Below are positions 58,755 through 64,000 of a stretch of DNA of 64,000 nucleotides, in pieces. Below the pieces are notes generated by a model. It worked only from the letters and a program-made list of their open reading frames with translations. It was not told the origin of the DNA and ran no database searches. Source of the DNA: Candidatus Poribacteria bacterium (GTDB taxonomy: Bacteria > Poribacteria > WGA-4E > WGA-3G); contig OZ251518.1 of NCBI GenBank assembly GCA_965242965.1, positions 4,608,001-4,672,000 of the forward strand. The letters run 5' to 3'. How positions within the stretch are numbered: the first letter of the stretch is position 1; each line of letters opens with the position of its first letter. A program made the position numbers and the translations under genes.

Positions 58755-61700
58755 ATGACTTTCCAAGAAATTATTTTAGCCTTAGAGAAATTTTGGGCGG
58801 ATTACGGATGCGTCATCCAGCAACCTCATGACGTTGAAGTCGGCGCAGGCACTTTTAACCCCGCAACCTTTTTGCGATGCCTCGGGCCAGAACCGTGGCA
58901 AGTCGCATACGTAGAACCCGTGCGCCGCCCAACCGATGGCCGATACGCCGAAAACCCCTTCCGACTCGGGGCGTATTACCAATATCAGGTAATCCTGAAA
59001 CCCGCACCGGATAATGTGCTACCACTTTATCTTGAGAGCCTCTATCACCTCGGCATCTCGCCGCGCAAGAACGACATCCGCTTTGTCGAAGATGACTGGG
59101 AATCGCCGACGCTTGGTGCCTCCGGACTCGGATGGGAAGTGTGGTGGAACGGCGCGGAAGTAACGCAGTTCACCTATTTCCAGCAGATGGGGAGCATTGA
59201 ACTCGAGCCGATTTGTGCCGAGATTACCTACGGCCTTGAGCGCATCGCACTCTATTTGCAAGATGTGGACAACTTCTTTGACATTCGCTGGAACGAACAC
59301 GTCAACTACGGCGATGTCTATCGGCAAAGCGAGGTGGAGCACTCCACTTACAACTTTGAGCGCGCCGATGTGGACATGCTTTTCTCGCTATTTAGCACCT
59401 ACGAAAAGGAGACTTACGCTTGTTTAGACGCGGGTTTGGTCTTGCCCGCGACAGATTACGTGCTGAAATGTTCGCACACGTTCAACATGCTGGATGCACG
59501 CGGCGTTATCAGCGTCACTGAACGTGTGAGTTACATTGAACGGGTGCGGCGGCTCGCGCAGCGCATCGCGCGCGCTTACGTCAAGCAGCGCGAAGAAATG
59601 GAGCATCCGCTACTCGGAAAATGGCAGACATCTCCCCCAGCAGCCACTGGGCTCGATGCCGCCGCAGTAGGTTCTAATCTTGATGCCGCAGCCGCAAACG
59701 AAACGACAGAACTGCTTTTTGAAATCGGCACGGAAGAGATACCGGCAGGTTACGTTCCCCCTGCGCTTGAACAACTGCAGCGCATGGCATCAGACGCACT
59801 GACAGAGCACCGAATCGGGTTTGACGAGGTGAAAACCTTCGGCACCCCGCGCCGCATTACACTCGCCGTTAAAGGCATCGCCACTTTCCAAGAAAGCGAA
59901 GAGACAGAAGTGGTCGGCCCACCGAAACGCATCGCTTACGATGAAAACGGGGCGCCAACGAAAGCCGCAATCGGTTTTGCAAAAACGCAAGGCGTAGAAC
60001 TTGCAGATTTGCGCATTGTTGAAACGCAGCGGGGAGAATACGTCGCCGCTTCCAAACAAGAAGAGGGATTACCGACGCGAGAGGTATTGAAAACGCTTCT
60101 GCCGGCGTGGATTGAGAAACTCCGCTTCCCGAAAACGATGCGCTGGCAATCCCGATCCGGAGAGTCTTCCCCTTCGGCACTCGGTGCTACCTCCCGGGTG
60201 CGATTCGCGCGCCCCATCCGATGGCTCGTTGCACTCCTTGGCGAAGAGGTGGTTGAGTGCAACTACGGACAGGTAACCTCCGGACAGGTAACCTACGGGC
60301 ATCGTTCGCTGTCCCCGGAACCGATAACATTAGCGTCTGCCTCGTTAGTGTCCTATGTCTCGCAATTGCGGCAAGCGAATGTCATCGTAGACCCGGGCGA
60401 ACGGCGCGAGACGATTGCGTCTCAAGTTACGGGCATTTTAGCAGCTGAGGGATGCCTGCCAAGATTGGATGCAGAACTGCTGGACACAGTCACCTATTTG
60501 GTAGAAAACCCGCAGCCGATTGTGGGCAATTTTAGCGAATCGCACTTGGCATTACCCCCTGAAGTGTTGATTACGGCGATGAAGAAGCATCAACGCTATT
60601 TCCCGATGTGGAAAAACGCCACCGAATTGTCGGCGGCGTTCATTACGATTTCCAACGGAACAGATGGGAATTTCGACGGCGTTCAGCACGGAAACGAACG
60701 CGTCCTCCGGGCGCGCCTCAACGATGCAGAGTTCTTCTATCGCGAGGACAGGAAGGTTAGCCTCGCTGATAAAGTGGAGCGGTTAGGCGCAGTGATTTTC
60801 CACGCCAAACTCGGCTCGCTGTTGGAGAAAGCGGAACGGCTTAAGGCACTAGTTCGGTTTATCGGCGAAGAACTGCAGGTCGCGGAGACGACGTGTCGTC
60901 ATGCTGAGCGCGCGGCGTGGCTCTGCAAAGCGGATTTGACAACGCAACTCGTCATTGAATTTCCCACTTTGCAAGGGGTTATGGGGCAATACTACGCGCG
61001 CAACTCCGGCGAAGCAGAACCTGTCGCCACTGCCATTGCTGAACACTACCAACCCCTTGGGGCAGATACCCCCACGCCGGAAACAGAGGTAGGCGCGCTG
61101 CTGTCCATCGCAGATAAATTGGATACCATCGTTGGTTATTTCGGCATTGAGGAACGTCCTACCGGTTCGCAAGATGCGTATGCTTTACGGCGGCATGCCC
61201 TCGGCACACTTCGTATTCTTCAGGATAGGCAGTTGTCGCTCTCGTTGGAGGCTGTCATCAAAAAGGCACTATCGCTTTACGCCGTAGATTTGGCGATGGA
61301 TACCGAGACAAGCGTGCTCGGTTTTATCAAGGAACGCTTCCGAGGCATTCTTCAAACGCACGGATACGCTCCCGATGTTGCGGAGGCAGTGTTAGCTGTC
61401 GGCGAGATAGATGTGCCTCACATTTTTGAACGCGCCGAGGCAGTAGCCAGTTTTCGGTTGACTGCAAACTTTGAAGCAGTGTATAATGCACTCAATCGGG
61501 TGTTGCGGATTTTGCCGGAGAACCCGCCGACAGCGGTGGATGAAACGCTGTTGATAGACGACGCGGAGAAGAATCTCTACGCGTGCGTCATCGCCGCGGA
61601 ACCGAAATTTGAGGGCAGCGATTCTTCACAACTGCTGACACACTTGGCGGCACTGCAGCCGGCAATCGACCGGTTTTTTGACGATGTTTTGGTTATGGCA

Positions 61701-61802
61701 AAGGAACGCGAGGTGCGTGAAAATCGGTTGGCGTTGCTAAACCGCATTGCGCAAGGCATCTACGCCGTAGCTGACCTGGGGAAATTGGTAATTGCAGGGT
61801 AG
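58755..61802 (+). CDS. glyQS: Glycine-tRNA ligase, alpha and beta subunits fused
   Basis: Alpha: [40 protein letters not shown]; beta: [37 protein letters not shown]; no stop between. Confidence 0.97.
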   Translation: MTFQEIILALEKFWADYGCVIQQPHDVEVGAGTFNPATFLRCLGPEPWQVAYVEPVRRPTDGRYAENPFRLGAYYQYQVILKPAPDNVLPLYLESLYHLGISPRKNDIRFVEDDWESPTLGASGLGWEVWWNGAEVTQFTYFQQMGSIELEPICAEITYGLERIALYLQDVDNFFDIRWNEHVNYGDVYRQSEVEHSTYNFERADVDMLFSLFSTYEKETYACLDAGLVLPATDYVLKCSHTFNMLDARGVISVTERVSYIERVRRLAQRIARAYVKQREEMEHPLLGKWQTSPPAATGLDAAAVGSNLDAAAANETTELLFEIGTEEIPAGYVPPALEQLQRMASDALTEHRIGFDEVKTFGTPRRITLAVKGIATFQESEETEVVGPPKRIAYDENGAPTKAAIGFAKTQGVELADLRIVETQRGEYVAASKQEEGLPTREVLKTLLPAWIEKLRFPKTMRWQSRSGESSPSALGATSRVRFARPIRWLVALLGEEVVECNYGQVTSGQVTYGHRSLSPEPITLASASLVSYVSQLRQANVIVDPGERRETIASQVTGILAAEGCLPRLDAELLDTVTYLVENPQPIVGNFSESHLALPPEVLITAMKKHQRYFPMWKNATELSAAFITISNGTDGNFDGVQHGNERVLRARLNDAEFFYREDRKVSLADKVERLGAVIFHAKLGSLLEKAERLKALVRFIGEELQVAETTCRHAERAAWLCKADLTTQLVIEFPTLQGVMGQYYARNSGEAEPVATAIAEHYQPLGADTPTPETEVGALLSIADKLDTIVGYFGIEERPTGSQDAYALRRHALGTLRILQDRQLSLSLEAVIKKALSLYAVDLAMDTETSVLGFIKERFRGILQTHGYAPDVAEAVLAVGEIDVPHIFERAEAVASFRLTANFEAVYNALNRVLRILPENPPTAVDETLLIDDAEKNLYACVIAAEPKFEGSDSSQLLTHLAALQPAIDRFFDDVLVMAKEREVRENRLALLNRIAQGIYAVADLGKLVIAG

Positions 61803-61908
61803 AGGAAGGCTCCATTTCGCTAAAGCACCGTTAGGGGCTTAATAATACTCTGATAACGACGAAAAAGGGAGGCGACATTCTTTTCAAAGCGGTGTTGCGG
61901 CAACATTT

Positions 61909-64000
61909 ATGAAAAAATACGTGATAATTTATATCTATCTCACCCTCGCCGTGGCAATTGCGGCTTTAATCGGGTGTGGCGAAAAAGAGGATAAGGACAT
62001 TCTGGCGGCGCGCGGCGCAACTGTCGGCGGCGATTACGCTGCGGCGCAAACCGCCATTCAAAAGGCAGTGACAACTGACACCGCAAATCAGGAGGCGAAA
62101 CTAGTTGATGCCTTCCTGAAACTCCGAACGAATACCGACGCGGCCAGTTGGCACCAAACTCTCGCGCAATCGGTAGCGCATCTGGAGACAGTAAACGCCG
62201 ACATCCGTGCTATCTCTTTGCTGGAGGATCCGGATTCTGACGAGTTGGACCGGCAGGAGCGGCTTATTCGTTCGCGGAATTCTATTTCTGGCACCTTCGC
62301 CGCGACTTTCGCTGAAGCGGTGGAGAAACGCGCCGAACTGCTCCCCGAATTAATTGCACACGCCGACGCTGCGGTAGTCACCGCGCTGTTGGAGGCAGAA
62401 AAGTGCTATCAACCGGCGGCCCGTGCCAAAGTCGCGCAACTTGCCGCGAAACTGGGCAATGACGAAAATAACGAACAAGCCACGGAACTGCTAATACAGG
62501 CGACGCAGCATAACGATGCAGGTATCCGAGAAGAGGCACTCCGGCATCTCGGCACGATGCGGAAAGCAGAACTCATTCCGATATTTGAATCAGTCCTCGC
62601 CAAAACGGATGAGGCACCGGCTGTCGCATATCGGGCTGTCGCCGCGCTAGAGCAACTTGCAGAGGAGACATCCCGTTCCCGACAATCTGCCGCTATAGGT
62701 TCGGAACGCCTGAGCCGAATTTCCCAAGCATTGCAAATGGCACTGAAAAACAATAGCGCGCAAGTTCGGATGCACGCAGCGAAACTCCTCGGTGCTATCC
62801 AAGCCGAGACTGCGGTGCCCGAGCTCGTCCGGCTCCTCGCCGATTCAAACATTTATGTGAAAGATACGGCGATAGCCTCACTTAACCGCATCGGGGATGA
62901 AGCGGTTGCGCCGTTGCTTGAGGTGCTGGCGACAGGCGCGCGCAACCTGATTCCTGACGAGGATACCGGAACGGCCAGCGAATACCGATACATAGCGAGT
63001 GCTTACATTGACAATGCGTGGATGAAAAAGTATCGCATCAGCGCGCAGGCGGCGGCAATTCAGACGCTGGGATTTCTCAAAGTGGAGGCCGGAGTTCGGC
63101 CGCTTATTGCACTGTTAGCCAATGAAGATTTGAAAGTTGAAGCATTGACGGCTCTTATTGCGATGCGGGGAGCGGCGGTGCCGGCCATGCTCGATGCACT
63201 CAAAAATGACACCGATGCGATTCGGATTAAGGTTGCGGAGGCACTTGGAAACATCGGCGACAGGCGCGCGATAGTTCCCTTAATTGAGGCATTGGACAAC
63301 GATGCGCACAAGGAGGTAAAAGCACTCGCCGCGAAGGGCCTTGGCACTATGCAGGCGCGCGGCGAAAACAATCGTGCAGTCGCCTCGCTGACGCATGCGC
63401 TGACTTATGACGATACTACCGTTACCAATGCGGCGGAGGCACTCGGAAACATCGGCGTAGCCACGGAAGAGGCTGTGCGAAAGTTGATAGTCATCGCCAT
63501 GGACAAACAGCGGCGTGAAACGGTGCGTTCGGCGGCGATTGCCGCGCTGTGGCAACTCAAACCCGCGAAAGCGACGCAACCGATGCTCCTGTTAATGCTC
63601 AGTGACGAAACCAGTCCTATCATCCGGGCGAACGCCGTGAAGGTGCTGAGCCGCGTTGAAACAGAGGAGACTGTGCCAGTGCTCCTCTGGGTGTTGTCAA
63701 CCCGATTTGATGAAATCTCCGATTTCCAGCGGCACATGAAGCGCGCGTATAAGACGCTTGACGCGCTCAGGGCCCAAGTTGAATCCTTGAAGGTGCAGTG
63801 GACTGCGGATTACCCGCGTGCTAACTATCGGACATGGGGGGAATTAAAACCTTTTCCGAGTCTGGTGCGCAGCGAAGTCGCACGCACACTCGGCATCCTT
63901 GGGAGAGGCGAACTTCCGGCCGTGGAAAAAGCGACGGTTGCTGAACCCTTGATTCGCGCGCTGGAAGATGACGAACGCGCCACCGTCCGGCGCAGTGCGG
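61909..64000 (+). CDS. HEAT-repeat lipoprotein (3' end beyond window)
   Basis: MKKYVII...ALIGC lipobox; repeated VR..AA.ALG.I...AV..L motifs; open to the window end. Confidence 0.85.
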   Translation, partial: MKKYVIIYIYLTLAVAIAALIGCGEKEDKDILAARGATVGGDYAAAQTAIQKAVTTDTANQEAKLVDAFLKLRTNTDAASWHQTLAQSVAHLETVNADIRAISLLEDPDSDELDRQERLIRSRNSISGTFAATFAEAVEKRAELLPELIAHADAAVVTALLEAEKCYQPAARAKVAQLAAKLGNDENNEQATELLIQATQHNDAGIREEALRHLGTMRKAELIPIFESVLAKTDEAPAVAYRAVAALEQLAEETSRSRQSAAIGSERLSRISQALQMALKNNSAQVRMHAAKLLGAIQAETAVPELVRLLADSNIYVKDTAIASLNRIGDEAVAPLLEVLATGARNLIPDEDTGTASEYRYIASAYIDNAWMKKYRISAQAAAIQTLGFLKVEAGVRPLIALLANEDLKVEALTALIAMRGAAVPAMLDALKNDTDAIRIKVAEALGNIGDRRAIVPLIEALDNDAHKEVKALAAKGLGTMQARGENNRAVASLTHALTYDDTTVTNAAEALGNIGVATEEAVRKLIVIAMDKQRRETVRSAAIAALWQLKPAKATQPMLLLMLSDETSPIIRANAVKVLSRVETEETVPVLLWVLSTRFDEISDFQRHMKRAYKTLDALRAQVESLKVQWTADYPRANYRTWGELKPFPSLVRSEVARTLGILGRGELPAVEKATVAEPLIRALEDDERATVRRSA

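Overview
A 64 kb, GC-rich bacterial chromosomal segment. It is probably from Candidatus Poribacteria or a relative; this is inferred from secreted proteins ending in VEPxxKLxxxWGxxK, several Uma2/PhyH/Gfo-Idh-MocA paralogs and dense GTAG-type REP repeats. Housekeeping and metabolic content: an ActP-like symporter pair, sugar-catabolic oxidoreductases, a MoxR/DUF58/DUF4350/DUF4129/RDD/SpoIIM cluster, rluD, phoH-ybeY-CorC-like, tRNA-Pro(CGG), recO, a fused glyQS and a HEAT-repeat lipoprotein. Accessory content: three DNA methyltransferase loci, HicAB and MazF-type TA modules, and a 9.8 kb gene-turnover region between recO and glyQS. Most notable: (1) a Type IIG/Eco57I-like methyltransferase followed by two extra target-recognition-domain cassettes, each with its own RBS, one fused in frame and one free; (2) a pervasive repeat system in which GTAG hairpin modules are assembled into TIR-bounded MITEs at transcription starts, inserted with 22-32 bp duplications of host gene ends (including a 5-copy inverse-CRISPR-like array), and apparently embedded in frame in genes; (3) a UGA-containing UxxC ArsC-like selenoprotein that the ORF track missed; (4) a roughly 225 nt highly base-paired leader RNA. 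All family assignments come from motif recognition by eye; no searches were run.
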